64,000 nucleotides of DNA from Armatimonadota bacterium (GCA_020354555.1 CP070648.1:2544152-2608151); one strand, 5' to 3'. Counted from the first letter of the stretch, positions 1 through 9,616 are shown. Numbers and translations: made by a program. Notes: generated by a model from the letters alone, not told the origin.

Positions 1-1
1 G

Positions 2-856
2 GCCCGGACCCAGGAAGCGATGGCGCAGATATTCGACTTTCAGGGGCAGGGATACACGGACATCAGCCGGATGCTGGCGCAACACGAGTTGGACGCGGCC
101 AGTGTGTGCAGTCCGCATCAACTCCACCGCGAGCACTCCCTGGCCTGTCTCGAGGCCGGGGCGCACGTGTTGTGTGAGAAGCCCCTGGTGTGGGACGTCG
201 CCAAGTCGCCCGAGGATGTGCTGGCGGACGCCAAATCCATGATCTCGGCCGCCGAGCGAGTGGGCCGCATGCTCGCAGCCAACACGCAGTATGTGGCCGC
301 CATCAAGCCGTACCTCGCGCTCTACGAGCAACACCGCGGACCGCTGAACCGATGCGAGCGTCTCGATTTTCGGATGGAGTCGAAGGGCGGCGCGAGCGGC
401 CCCAACCAATACGACGAGATCTGGATAGACCTCGCGAGCCATCCGCTGAGCCTGATGCTCAGGCTGCTGCCGGGCGCGATGTTCGTCGCGGACTCCGCTG
501 ACTGCGTGATCCGGCGCGACGAGGTCGTAGCCGTGTTCGCGATGGAACTGCCGGGCGGTGAGCGCTGCCCGGTGACGATAGAGCTGCGCAACGTCTACGA
601 CGGCCCGATGGTGCGCCGGCTTGGCGCCGACGGCTTCACGGCTGACCTCTCGGGCGCGAATGACGAGCGCGGCATCTATCGAACTCACGTCACCGTCGGT
701 GACGAGCGGGTGGTGTGCGAGGACCTCGTGCACACCTCGGTGCGGCGGTTCGCGGAGGCGGTGCGAGGCGAGGGCGGACCCCTCGCGACGGCGGCGGAGG
801 CGTACGCCAATCTCGAGATCCAACTTGCGTTGTACGGGGCGGCGCGTCGGGAATAG
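2..856 (+). CDS. Gfo/Idh/MocA-family NAD(P)-dependent oxidoreductase, 5'-truncated by the window edge
   Basis: The frame of ORF 20..856 stays open back to base 2. 'HSLACLEAGAHVLCEKPLV' is the family EKP motif, which normally sits about 100 aa into the protein, so the Rossmann N-terminus lies upstream of the window. Confidence 0.8.
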   Translation, partial: ARTQEAMAQIFDFQGQGYTDISRMLAQHELDAASVCSPHQLHREHSLACLEAGAHVLCEKPLVWDVAKSPEDVLADAKSMISAAERVGRMLAANTQYVAAIKPYLALYEQHRGPLNRCERLDFRMESKGGASGPNQYDEIWIDLASHPLSLMLRLLPGAMFVADSADCVIRRDEVVAVFAMELPGGERCPVTIELRNVYDGPMVRRLGADGFTADLSGANDERGIYRTHVTVGDERVVCEDLVHTSVRRFAEAVRGEGGPLATAAEAYANLEIQLALYGAARRE

Positions 857-922
857 GCCACGCCGCAGTCCGCGCGCGGGGCTGCCGCATCGCGGCCGTC
901 GCTGGACGGCCCCCGTATGCGA

Positions 923-951
923 TTGCCGCATTCGGCGGGCCGGGGTATAAT
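923..951 (+). promoter_or_regulatory. sigma70-type promoter (TTGCCG-17-TATAAT) for the TolB-like gene
   Basis: TTGCCG at 923-928, a 17-nt spacer, then TATAAT at 946-951. It lies about 45 nt upstream of the ATG at 997, which is preceded by AGGAGGA. Confidence 0.5.
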
Positions 952-996
952 GACAGGTGGCGCGGAGCAGCTCTCCCGCGCGCAGGAGGAAGTGCT

Positions 997-3633
997 ATGC
1001 TAGCCAGGGCCAGGCTGTGTCGTGTTGCGGTGACGGCCCTTGTCGCGATGTGGTTGTTGGCGCAGATGTGCGGCGCCGACCGTATCGCGTATCAGGGCCG
1101 TCTCGTGATGGGCAGCCGAGGCATTGTCGTCATGAGCGGCAACGGGGACAACCCGGTTGAATTGCCGCACCCCTCCGCGTCGGATCGCATCACGCCCGCT
1201 CTCAGCCCCGACGGCACCATGCTCGCCTACGCGGCCATGGCCGACGATGCGTACAAGATATGGATCGTGCGGCTCGGCGACAACAACTCGCCCGCCGCCG
1301 CGCCGGTTCAGGTGACCACCGGCGACCCCGACGACGAGCAGCCCGCCTGGTCGCCCGATGGTCGGCGCATCGCCTATGTGTCCGGGAAGGCCGAGGAACG
1401 AGGGCTCTACACCATATCGGTCGAAGGCGGCTCGCCGTCGTTCGTGACGGCCCTCGGGAGCGATTTCCGCAGCGCGTGCCCCCACTGGTCGCCGGACGGA
1501 TCGCGACTCGTCTTTACGCGTGACGAGAAGCTCTTCATCGTGGGAGCGGACGGCGGCAGCGCACGCGAGCTGACCGATGACGGCATGTACCCGTCGTGGT
1601 CGCCCGACGGAAGCCAGATCGCATTCTTCAGACAGAAGCAGGAATCAGCGCTCAGCCTCATCTCCCCGGGAGGCGGAGCGCCTCGTACGCTGGTCAACCA
1701 CGTGGGCTTCTTCGGCGAGACCGCATGGTCGCCCGACGGGAAGTCCATCGCCTTCAAGGCGGACGAGGTTGACGGCGTCGAGGGGAGCCTGTGGGTCGTC
1801 ACCGCCGCTGGGGGCGAGGCGAAGCCTCTGCGGTCGTACGGCGTGCCCCACGGGTATCTCGACTGGTCGGCGAGCCCGGTGCAGGTCGCAGCGGCACCGA
1901 CTCCGGAAGAGGTAGTCGTCTCTGACGCCAGCCCACGTCCCTCCGGCGAACAGGCCTCTGGGACAGCGGCGACGACGCCGAAGCCCGCGCCGATGCGGCT
2001 TGCCATGGCGACCGAGGAATCGAGCAAGCAACCGCCGAAGCCCGCGTCGGTCAAGCCGTCTCCGCAAGTGACGGCGTCAGTGAAGGCGAGCCCCAAGCCG
2101 GCGGCATCGGTGACGCCGACGTCGCCGCCGCCGGAGCCCGTGCAGTCGGCGTCCGCGTCCGAGGAACCGGCCAAGCCCGTCGAGGCGCTGGCGCAGCAGC
2201 CACCCGTGCGGATACTTTCGCCTGCCGACAATGCGACGGTACGCGGCCTGACCAAGGTGACGGTCAGCAAAGACTCGCCGGGCGGCTATGTCGGCTTCTT
2301 CGTGGACGGCACGTTCGCCAAGGCGACCGTAGCGCCCTTCGAGATGGAGTGGGACACGCGGCCGAGCGGGGATGGGCCCCATACGATTCAGGTGACGGCA
2401 TACGGCGAAGCGGGCCGTATCGAGGGCACGGCTGAAGCGCGGGTAGAGGTCCGGAATGCGATTAGCGCTGACACGCTGCCCGAAGAGGGAGTGGCACTGC
2501 GCTATCGCTACAAGGAAAAGGAGAAGTGGGATTACGGGATCCGCGTCACGGCTCAGGCGGGCGCCAAAGGAGAGGTCCCAATGGCTGCCGTGGCCGCTCA
2601 GGCCGGGACGCTGGATGCTCTCATCACACAGCGTGTGGAGTCGGTAGGCGAGGCCCCGCAACAGGAATCGGGGCGCCCGGGAACGCCGGGGGCTGCCCCG
2701 CCCGGCGCGGCGGGGCCCCCGGCCGGCGGGGAGCCGGCCGAGATGGAAACGATAGCGACCATCATCACGCAAGTCAGGACTGGGAGATTGGACGCCCCAG
2801 GCACCGGAGGACGGTTGCCACAAGTGGGGCAGGCTGGGCGGTCGAGGCAGAACTTGGAGGGCGAGCTGACGCCCCTGGCGGGAGGAGGGAGCCAGCCGAT
2901 CGCGCTGGGGAATCTGTCCATCGTGTTCCCGGAGGAACCGATCAAGATAGGTGACAAGTGGACCGCGCCGATGACCGTGCTGCCGCTGCTGCGGTCGAAC
3001 GCGGTGGCGCGCGTGACCGCAGAGCACACCGCCGAGGCGCTGCAGTGGGAGCAGGGGCTGGAAACCATCCGCATCGTCTCCACCTTCAAGGTGGGATCGC
3101 TTCCGGTCGGACTCGCTGGCATGTCCATGCTCAACGTTACGGGCACGCGGACAACGTGGTTCGCGTACAAGGAGCATCAGGTCCTGCGGATAGAAGACAC
3201 GGTTCAAGGCGTTTTCAATCAGAAGGCAGCGCTTGCGGCGGCGCAGACGGCCGCAGCGCCGGCGACGCGCACGACCGGTGCCGGACAGGTGGGGCGGCGC
3301 ACCGCAGGCCCGGGCACTGCACGAACCGCCCGGCCGTCAGGAGGGTTGGCGCTGCGCCTCGGAGGGGGACGCGACAGGCAGCCCGCTGGGACCCGGCCGA
3401 GCCCCGCGACCCGCCCCCGCGGAGCGGTTGGGCCGGGCGCTCTGCAACTGCGCCTCGGCGGTGCCCGGGGTGGCCGACAGGCGCCTCGCACAACCACGCG
3501 GCGGCAGCCCGCTGCGACGGCGCGCACAAGCCAAGGCGCCGTTGCCGCTGCCACCGCTGCACAGCCGGCGGCGAAGCCGCCGACCCCGACGCTTCGCTAC
3601 ACGCTGACGTTGGCTGCGGCGCGCCAGAAGTAA
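997..3633 (+). CDS. secreted or anchored TolB-like PD40 beta-propeller protein with a Pro/Ala/Lys linker, an Ig-like domain and a C-terminal domain of unknown function
   Basis: The start is re-set to ATG 997 (RBS AGGAGGA at 984-990). The ORF-track start at 715 adds an Arg/Gly-rich extension that does not look protein-like. The protein has a hydrophobic N-terminus (VAVTALVAMWLLAQM) and five 'WSPDG' PD40 repeats. An Ig-like segment follows ('VRILSPADNATVRGLTKVTV...HTIQVTAYGE'). Confidence 0.75.
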   Translation: MLARARLCRVAVTALVAMWLLAQMCGADRIAYQGRLVMGSRGIVVMSGNGDNPVELPHPSASDRITPALSPDGTMLAYAAMADDAYKIWIVRLGDNNSPAAAPVQVTTGDPDDEQPAWSPDGRRIAYVSGKAEERGLYTISVEGGSPSFVTALGSDFRSACPHWSPDGSRLVFTRDEKLFIVGADGGSARELTDDGMYPSWSPDGSQIAFFRQKQESALSLISPGGGAPRTLVNHVGFFGETAWSPDGKSIAFKADEVDGVEGSLWVVTAAGGEAKPLRSYGVPHGYLDWSASPVQVAAAPTPEEVVVSDASPRPSGEQASGTAATTPKPAPMRLAMATEESSKQPPKPASVKPSPQVTASVKASPKPAASVTPTSPPPEPVQSASASEEPAKPVEALAQQPPVRILSPADNATVRGLTKVTVSKDSPGGYVGFFVDGTFAKATVAPFEMEWDTRPSGDGPHTIQVTAYGEAGRIEGTAEARVEVRNAISADTLPEEGVALRYRYKEKEKWDYGIRVTAQAGAKGEVPMAAVAAQAGTLDALITQRVESVGEAPQQESGRPGTPGAAPPGAAGPPAGGEPAEMETIATIITQVRTGRLDAPGTGGRLPQVGQAGRSRQNLEGELTPLAGGGSQPIALGNLSIVFPEEPIKIGDKWTAPMTVLPLLRSNAVARVTAEHTAEALQWEQGLETIRIVSTFKVGSLPVGLAGMSMLNVTGTRTTWFAYKEHQVLRIEDTVQGVFNQKAALAAAQTAAAPATRTTGAGQVGRRTAGPGTARTARPSGGLALRLGGGRDRQPAGTRPSPATRPRGAVGPGALQLRLGGARGGRQAPRTTTRRQPAATARTSQGAVAAATAAQPAAKPPTPTLRYTLTLAAARQK

Positions 3634-3677
3634 AGCGCTGGGGTGAGAGCGGCGCGAGCGATGCTGGCTCACTCGGC

Positions 3678-6600
3678 CTAGCGCGCCGCTAGGCGCAGCT
3701 CGCCGTACCCATTGCCCACGTCCTGGGCAGTGATGACGACGCGCAGGAGACCGCGTTCGCTTCGCGTCTCGACGCTTCGAGCCGCCTCGCCTTCCCTCTG
3801 CCACAGCGCGCGCGTGCCCTCCTCGACAGGCAGAGAGATCTCGACGGTGCCCGTCGCCTCGATTCGATAGCGCCCGTGGGCAGTGCGCTCAACGTGGGCG
3901 GTGGGCTTGACCTCCACGGCGTCGCCGACCCCGAAATCGAACAGCCGCACGAAGGTCCTGCCGTCACCATCGGCATCGGTCGGCCTGGCGTCGGAGTTGT
4001 CGAAAGTAATGCGAGCGGCCTCGATGCCAGTAACCCGCCCGAGTCGCCGTCCCTCCTCGTCGAGGGCCGTCATCCCGTCGTAGAAGTCGAGGCCGGCAAG
4101 GTGAAGGTGGTTCGGCGTATTCACCCAGCCCGGACCGCTCTCCGATACCAGGAGGAGTGCTGTCTGCGGATCCAAGTCCTCCAGGCGCAGGATCACCGTG
4201 CCGTCGCCAGCCGCAGTGGCATCCACGATGCCCCACGCCGTTGAGCGCCCGCCGCCGCCGAAGACCACGGTGCTGCCGGCCAATGCCGGCAAAGATGCAC
4301 CGCAGGCGCTTGGCCTCATCGTCACGGTCCGCGCCTCGTAATCAGCAGCGATAACGCGTCCCCGCAGTCCCTCCGAAAGGGTGAATCGCAGGTCGCCGAT
4401 GCCTATATGTCCGGGGCCGCAGAGAAAGGCGCGGTTGATCCGGTTGGCGGAGTGCGAAATGAGGCCAAAGCTGCCGGCGAACGTGAAGCCTCCCTCCGCC
4501 TCCAAGCTGCCGCCGCGCGGACAGCTTCCGATGTAGTCATCTCCGTCGGCGGTCTGGACGCGCGCCGCGAAAGACAGCGGATCGGCGTTCCTGACGGGCA
4601 GGCTGCGCGCGCTGATCGCCGGAGGGCGCTCGCGGTATGGTTCGAATAGGGAGGCGAATACGCTCGTCAGCGGCTCGCGGGCGGACTCACTGCCGACCTC
4701 TTGTCGACGGCACAGGACATACTTGAGCTGGTCGGGATTGCCGGGCCGGAACGGCGGGGTCCCGTCGCACACGAAGACCTGCTGCGACTGCTGCGGAAGC
4801 CATGTGATCCGGAGATGGCCGGCGTCCTCGGGCAGGGTCCACAGCGCGCTCCACGGGTTCTCAGCTTCGCCTCGCTGTACGTTGGTCAGGAAACTGAACC
4901 CGCTTCCCGCATAACCGTAGAACGGGCCGTCGTAATCGAGGGCGCTGCGCTCGGGATCATCGTAGAAGTTGGCGAATGGCACCTCCGGCCCGGCGAGCGT
5001 TCCTGCGGTCTGCGGCGGGGACAGGTCGAGGCCGGTCGCCTCGAACTCGCCGTCCGGCCCGTGGAGCGAATAGTCATGCTGTGTGCCGCCGACGACGCGG
5101 AAGATGTCGAGAGCGTAGGGGCCCGCGGGATTATCAACGAGCGCGACGGTGCGGCGATACATCTCCACCTCTTCGCGATAGGCGTCGGGCGCGTCCACCT
5201 CGACGAGCTGCACAGTAGCGGACGACGCGAAAGCGACGATCTCGCCGCAGTCGCCGGTCGTCTGCCCCTTGGCGTTCACGACCACCGTGTTGTGGCTCAC
5301 CGTGTTGCGCGACCAGCCAGGCGGCTCGGGGTCATCCGCCGCGAACTGCGGGTAGCCGAGATCGGGCATGAGCTTGCGCCCGAGCGCGAACAGCTCGATG
5401 TTGAGGCGATCGGCGTGGCCGTGGCCGACACCGGTGCCGTAGAACAGCGAGATATCGGCGGGGTGCTCCAGGTCGCGGCCGCGCAGCAGCGCGAGGCCGT
5501 AACCCCCGAGATTCTCCGAATCGCGGGGGAAAGCTGGCGGCGGCATCTCGGCCGACGCAGCGGGCTCGTCGAAGATATCCTCATACGTCGCGAAGCCCGG
5601 CGCAGTGACCGGCTTCACGCCCGGGAGCGCGTCGAATACATCCGGCCCGTACTCGCGAATCGCGATGCGGGTCATCCACGCGGGAATCGTGACCGAGCCC
5701 GCGGTGACACTGCTCGAGTCGCCGATGGCAGGAGTGAAGCCGCCGTGGACGATCATGCGCGGCGGGCCGAGGTAGAGCTGGCGCATGCGCGGCTCGCGGT
5801 ACAGGTCAACCCCGGCGCCGCGCAGCACCTCCGCGATGCGCGTCAGCGTATTGGCCCAGATGAAGCAGTACCCCGGCGCGGTCTCATGCACCGACAGCCC
5901 GTCGCGTGAGAGCAAGTTGACCAGCGCGTAGCGAATGCCTTCGTATTGCATGCCCCGGCCCGTCGTGTGCAGGAGGAAGTCCACGACATCCCCGAGATCC
6001 TTCTCGCCTACCATCGCAGCAGTCAGCAGCGTCTCTTGGTGCATCCCGTAGTTGCCGCGGATCGTGGCGTCGTATACACCTTTGACCACTTCATCCACTA
6101 CGTTGCGCTCGATGTTGGCGCGTATGTCGGCGCCGGACTTGCCCAGGAAACGCTGCGCGGCGCCCGCTTCGTCAATTGCATCGTACACGTTGTCGTACGC
6201 CTCGGCCAGCGTTGCCCCGGTGTACGTCTCCCAGATCAGGTTCAGGATCTTGCCGGTGTACGACGGAGAGAACTCCTGCGCGTAACGGGACTGCTTGTTA
6301 TAGTCCATCGCCGGGTAAACTTCCGCGATGCGGTCGAGCAGAATGATCGCCTGCTGCGCGTAGTGCGGATCGCCGGTCAGCAGGTAGGCGCGGGACAGGT
6401 TCAGGGTCATCGGCAGAACATGCCATCGCCACGCCCAGTGATTGTAGTACGCGACGAACCAGTACTTCTTCTCTTCGCCGGGCTTGTGCCAGCCCCAGCC
6501 GTCGTCGGGGTAGTCGCCCGTCAGCAGCGACCGGTCGGTCATGCCGGAATCGAGGAACGCCCGGAAGTCGTTGGATGGGTACTCCTCGCCCCCGACCGGA

Positions 6601-6971
6601 CACTTGACCTTGAACGGGCGGTCGAGGTCTATCGAGAAGGAGTAGTTACCGTGCTTGAACGCGTCGCGCCCATGGATGGGGCAGCCGGAGAAGCTGATGT
6701 TGAAAGCCCGCGGCGCCTCCGGCGGCGTGACGAGGCCGGCGACCCATTCGTCGCTGCGACCGCGCCATGCATCGGCCGCTTTGACAATGGAATCGGCAAT
6801 CGCCTGCGCCCCCGGGTATTCGGCGATGTTGCGGCGGGCGCGGGCGATCTCTGCGCCTGTGTGCAGCGCGCGGCGGGTCTTGACTGAGCGCATAGGTGCC
6901 TCCTCGGGGACGGCGGGCATCGCGAACGCGATCGCGAGGGCAAGGGTGAGCGAGGGGGTGATGCAATTCAC
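3678..6971 (-). CDS. heparinase II/III-like polysaccharide lyase family protein (large, secreted)
   Basis: 'GHGHADRLNIELFALGRKLMPDLGYPQF...WSRNTVSHNTVVVNAKGQ' matches the Hepar_II_III C-terminal domain signature. The start is re-set to GTG 6971, which follows GGAGGA by 5 nt and gives a signal peptide (VNCITPSLTLALAIAFAMPAVP). Confidence 0.8.
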   Translation of the reverse strand: MNCITPSLTLALAIAFAMPAVPEEAPMRSVKTRRALHTGAEIARARRNIAEYPGAQAIADSIVKAADAWRGRSDEWVAGLVTPPEAPRAFNISFSGCPIHGRDAFKHGNYSFSIDLDRPFKVKCPVGGEEYPSNDFRAFLDSGMTDRSLLTGDYPDDGWGWHKPGEEKKYWFVAYYNHWAWRWHVLPMTLNLSRAYLLTGDPHYAQQAIILLDRIAEVYPAMDYNKQSRYAQEFSPSYTGKILNLIWETYTGATLAEAYDNVYDAIDEAGAAQRFLGKSGADIRANIERNVVDEVVKGVYDATIRGNYGMHQETLLTAAMVGEKDLGDVVDFLLHTTGRGMQYEGIRYALVNLLSRDGLSVHETAPGYCFIWANTLTRIAEVLRGAGVDLYREPRMRQLYLGPPRMIVHGGFTPAIGDSSSVTAGSVTIPAWMTRIAIREYGPDVFDALPGVKPVTAPGFATYEDIFDEPAASAEMPPPAFPRDSENLGGYGLALLRGRDLEHPADISLFYGTGVGHGHADRLNIELFALGRKLMPDLGYPQFAADDPEPPGWSRNTVSHNTVVVNAKGQTTGDCGEIVAFASSATVQLVEVDAPDAYREEVEMYRRTVALVDNPAGPYALDIFRVVGGTQHDYSLHGPDGEFEATGLDLSPPQTAGTLAGPEVPFANFYDDPERSALDYDGPFYGYAGSGFSFLTNVQRGEAENPWSALWTLPEDAGHLRITWLPQQSQQVFVCDGTPPFRPGNPDQLKYVLCRRQEVGSESAREPLTSVFASLFEPYRERPPAISARSLPVRNADPLSFAARVQTADGDDYIGSCPRGGSLEAEGGFTFAGSFGLISHSANRINRAFLCGPGHIGIGDLRFTLSEGLRGRVIAADYEARTVTMRPSACGASLPALAGSTVVFGGGGRSTAWGIVDATAAGDGTVILRLEDLDPQTALLLVSESGPGWVNTPNHLHLAGLDFYDGMTALDEEGRRLGRVTGIEAARITFDNSDARPTDADGDGRTFVRLFDFGVGDAVEVKPTAHVERTAHGRYRIEATGTVEISLPVEEGTRALWQREGEAARSVETRSERGLLRVVITAQDVGNGYGELRLAAR

Positions 6972-7149
6972 AGCGATCCTCCGCGAGGTGATTCGGCATG
7001 CGCCGGGGCCCGCCCTGCCGAGGCTGTCTGGAGGATGAATCCACTCCACAGCGAAGTTAGAGCCCAAGCCATGAATGGCGAGAAGCCTTGGCGAGATCCT
7101 GCGCTTCGTTTGGCACAGCATCTCGGCTGACGACACGGGAGGGTCACGC

Positions 7150-8274
7150 ATGACCTCGCGGGAACGCCTGCTGGCGCTGCTTCAGGGCAGGCCGGTTGAT
7201 CGCTGCGGCGTGTGCACCTACACCCACGACGGGCTCAACAACTCCCGCCTGAGAGAGGAGCCGAGTTGTGCGGAGATGATGCCGGTCATCGACGCGGAAA
7301 CAGAGATCTTCCTCGGCTGGGGGCCCAAGGTTGAGCCCAACGTATTCCTGTCCACATCACCCGACATCTCCATCTCCGAGGAGGAGCACCCCGAAGACGA
7401 CCACGTCGTGATTCGCTCCACGCTCCACACGCCGAAGGATGATCTGCATTCCCTGTGCGTGAGGCACGACGGCGTCGCGACGACGTGGAAAGTGGAGCAC
7501 TATCTCAAGACCGACGAAGACGTCGAGCGGTTCCTCTCCATGCCGTACGTTCGCCCGCGCGTTGAAGACAATGATTTCGCTGGGGCCCTGGCGCGCGTTG
7601 GCGAGCGGGGGCTGGTCGAAATCGGGATGGCCGACCCGATCTGCTACGTTGCGGACCTCTTCGAATTCGGCGACTGGACGATAAGAGCGTGGCAGGACCG
7701 CAAGACGATCCGCCGGTTGCTCGACGCGATAGCGCCTCGCGTGTACGATTGGCTCGACGGCGTGCTCGCGCTGGGTATCAGCGGCACGGTGTTCAGGCTG
7801 TGTGGCCCGGAATACGCGAGCGAGCCGTACGTGAGCCCTGCGCTGTTCCGCGAGTTCGTGACCGAGTATGATCTGCCCATCGCGCGCAAGATGCATGACG
7901 CCGGATGCTACCTGCGCCTGCACAGCCATGGGCGGCTCGGCAACGTGCTCGACCACATCATGGAACTGGAGCCGGATATTCTCGAGCCCGTCGAAGGACC
8001 GCCGAGCGGAGACATCACCATCGGCGAAGTGGCGCGGCGCGTGGGGCGCGACTGCGTGCTCATGGGCAACCTCGAGCCGCGCGAGTTGGAGTTCGCCGAT
8101 GCCGAGGTGGTTGACGCGCTCGTGCGTGAGATCATGGCATCGGTGGCCGGTCATTCGCCGTTGATCGTCGCTCCGACCGATATGCCGATCGCCTTCCCGC
8201 TGTCGCCTGTCTACGCGCGCAACATCCGACGCTACGTCGAGGTGGTGTTGGAAGAGGCGGGCGAGTATAATTGA
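7150..8274 (+). CDS. uroporphyrinogen-decarboxylase (URO-D) family protein, function unknown (paralogue 1)
   Basis: ATG 7150 is preceded by GGGAGGG. The C-terminal half 'LRLHSHGRLGNVLDHIMELEPDILEPVEG...VLMGNLEP' is typical of URO-D/MtaA-like TIM barrels. Confidence 0.7.
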   Translation: MTSRERLLALLQGRPVDRCGVCTYTHDGLNNSRLREEPSCAEMMPVIDAETEIFLGWGPKVEPNVFLSTSPDISISEEEHPEDDHVVIRSTLHTPKDDLHSLCVRHDGVATTWKVEHYLKTDEDVERFLSMPYVRPRVEDNDFAGALARVGERGLVEIGMADPICYVADLFEFGDWTIRAWQDRKTIRRLLDAIAPRVYDWLDGVLALGISGTVFRLCGPEYASEPYVSPALFREFVTEYDLPIARKMHDAGCYLRLHSHGRLGNVLDHIMELEPDILEPVEGPPSGDITIGEVARRVGRDCVLMGNLEPRELEFADAEVVDALVREIMASVAGHSPLIVAPTDMPIAFPLSPVYARNIRRYVEVVLEEAGEYN

Positions 8275-8373
8275 GGATAAGCTCGGCGCGAGTCGAGTCA
8301 CGCCGCGTGCTGCTTGCGGAGAGCTGACGGCTCGGGCCCGAGGGGAACCGCGACGCAGCAGACAAGGAACGCA

Positions 8374-9129
8374 ATGAGTGGCGGCTGTGCTGCGAGGAGA
8401 CGGACGCGCGAGTGGCGTGTGGAACGCGTGGTGGCTCCGGGGCGAGGGTACCACGCCGCGCTGACGCTCGTATCCGACGGTACGGAGCAGGCGTTGGTCA
8501 AGGACTACTCGGGCAGCGGGCCCTTGTTCCGCTTGGTCGCGGCGCCGTGGCTTGCGGCGCGGGAGGCGCGAATATACCGGCGATTGGCGGGCACCCGCGG
8601 GGTGCCGCGCTCCTACGGCCGGTGGGGGCGCACCGGGGTGCTGCTCGAATACGTCGACGGGCGCAACTGCCAGGAAGTCGCGCAAGGCGAAGTCGGCTCG
8701 TGTTTCTTCGACCGCCTGCGCGAGGTGGTGAGCGCGATCCACGGGCGCGGCGTGGCGCACTGCGACCTCAAGACGGCAGACAATATCGTGGTGACGCCCA
8801 CGGGCGAACCGATCATCGTGGATTTCGCGCAAGCCATCAGACGTCCAGCGCGATGGAATCTTCTGGCGCAGGCGATCTATCAGCGCTTCGAGCGCGACGA
8901 TTGGCTGGCACTCTCGAAGCTCAAGGCACGGCTGGCGCCGGGACTGTTGACCGAAGTGGAGATTCGCGCGCTGCGGTGGCGCAGCCCGGCTGAGCGGTTC
9001 GTCCGCGCGGTACGTGACCGCCTGCGGGCGCTGTCCCAGTGGGCGTTCGAGGCGGACGCGCGCGTCTCGCGCGCGCAGGAGAGAACTCGCGAGCGCGGCG
9101 CGTCGGCGCGAGTGCTGGCGCGGAAATAG
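8374..9129 (+). CDS. small atypical protein kinase (RIO / Kdo-WaaP-like fold)
   Basis: It has a catalytic loop 'HCDLKTADNIVV', a metal loop 'IIVDFAQAI' and an N-lobe Lys in 'QALVKDY'. The start is uncertain (TTG 8314 in the ORF track, or ATG 8374 after AAGGAA). Confidence 0.65.
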   Translation: MSGGCAARRRTREWRVERVVAPGRGYHAALTLVSDGTEQALVKDYSGSGPLFRLVAAPWLAAREARIYRRLAGTRGVPRSYGRWGRTGVLLEYVDGRNCQEVAQGEVGSCFFDRLREVVSAIHGRGVAHCDLKTADNIVVTPTGEPIIVDFAQAIRRPARWNLLAQAIYQRFERDDWLALSKLKARLAPGLLTEVEIRALRWRSPAERFVRAVRDRLRALSQWAFEADARVSRAQERTRERGASARVLARK

Positions 9130-9154
9130 AGATCGCTGTCTGAGGTCATTCCCT

Positions 9155-9616
9155 ATGCCGAGATGCGTCAGATGCGGCACCGAGAATCCTGACGGCCGCT
9201 CGCTGTGTTCCCAGTGCGGGGACGATCTGGCCGCTCAAGCGCAGATCGAGGACGACGACACGCTGATCATGCGCCTCGTTACCGGGGAAACGGCACGCCC
9301 ACGGGAGCAGGCGGCGCGCGCGTACCTGTGGCTCCTCGACCCGACCGGGGAGCAGGTCGAGCGTGCCGCGGAGATCTCAGACGATGAATCGGTGATCATC
9401 GGACGGCGGGCGGATTGTACGGTGGTCCTGCCCTCTAACACGGTCTCGCGGCGCCACGCGCGCATCTGGCGTGACGGCGACGACTACCTTCTCGCCGATC
9501 TCGGAAGCACCAATGGGACGCTGCTCAACGGCGAGCCCGCCATCGGCGCGGAGCGACTGAACGACCGCGACGAGATCGCAGTGGGCATCTACAAGTTGAT
9601 ATTCCGCAAGACCTGA
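9155..9616 (+). CDS. zinc-ribbon plus FHA domain protein
   Basis: The N-terminal 'CVRCGTENPDGRSLCSQCG' is a CxxC..CxxC ribbon. The FHA signature is 'IIGRRADCTVVLPSNTVSRRHARI...LADLGSTNGTLLNG'. ATG 9155 lies 25 nt after the kinase stop codon. Confidence 0.9.
   Translation: MPRCVRCGTENPDGRSLCSQCGDDLAAQAQIEDDDTLIMRLVTGETARPREQAARAYLWLLDPTGEQVERAAEISDDESVIIGRRADCTVVLPSNTVSRRHARIWRDGDDYLLADLGSTNGTLLNGEPAIGAERLNDRDEIAVGIYKLIFRKT

Noticed and set aside
715-996. N-terminal extensions in the ORF track (715-996, 6972-7151, 7075-7149, 23212-23385, 41671-42258, 45068-45223, 46682-46873, 50435-50674 and others).
   Set aside because: Internal starts have strong Shine-Dalgarno sites, signal peptides, promoters or stop/start coupling. 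The extensions are low-complexity and would overlap neighbouring genes or promoters.
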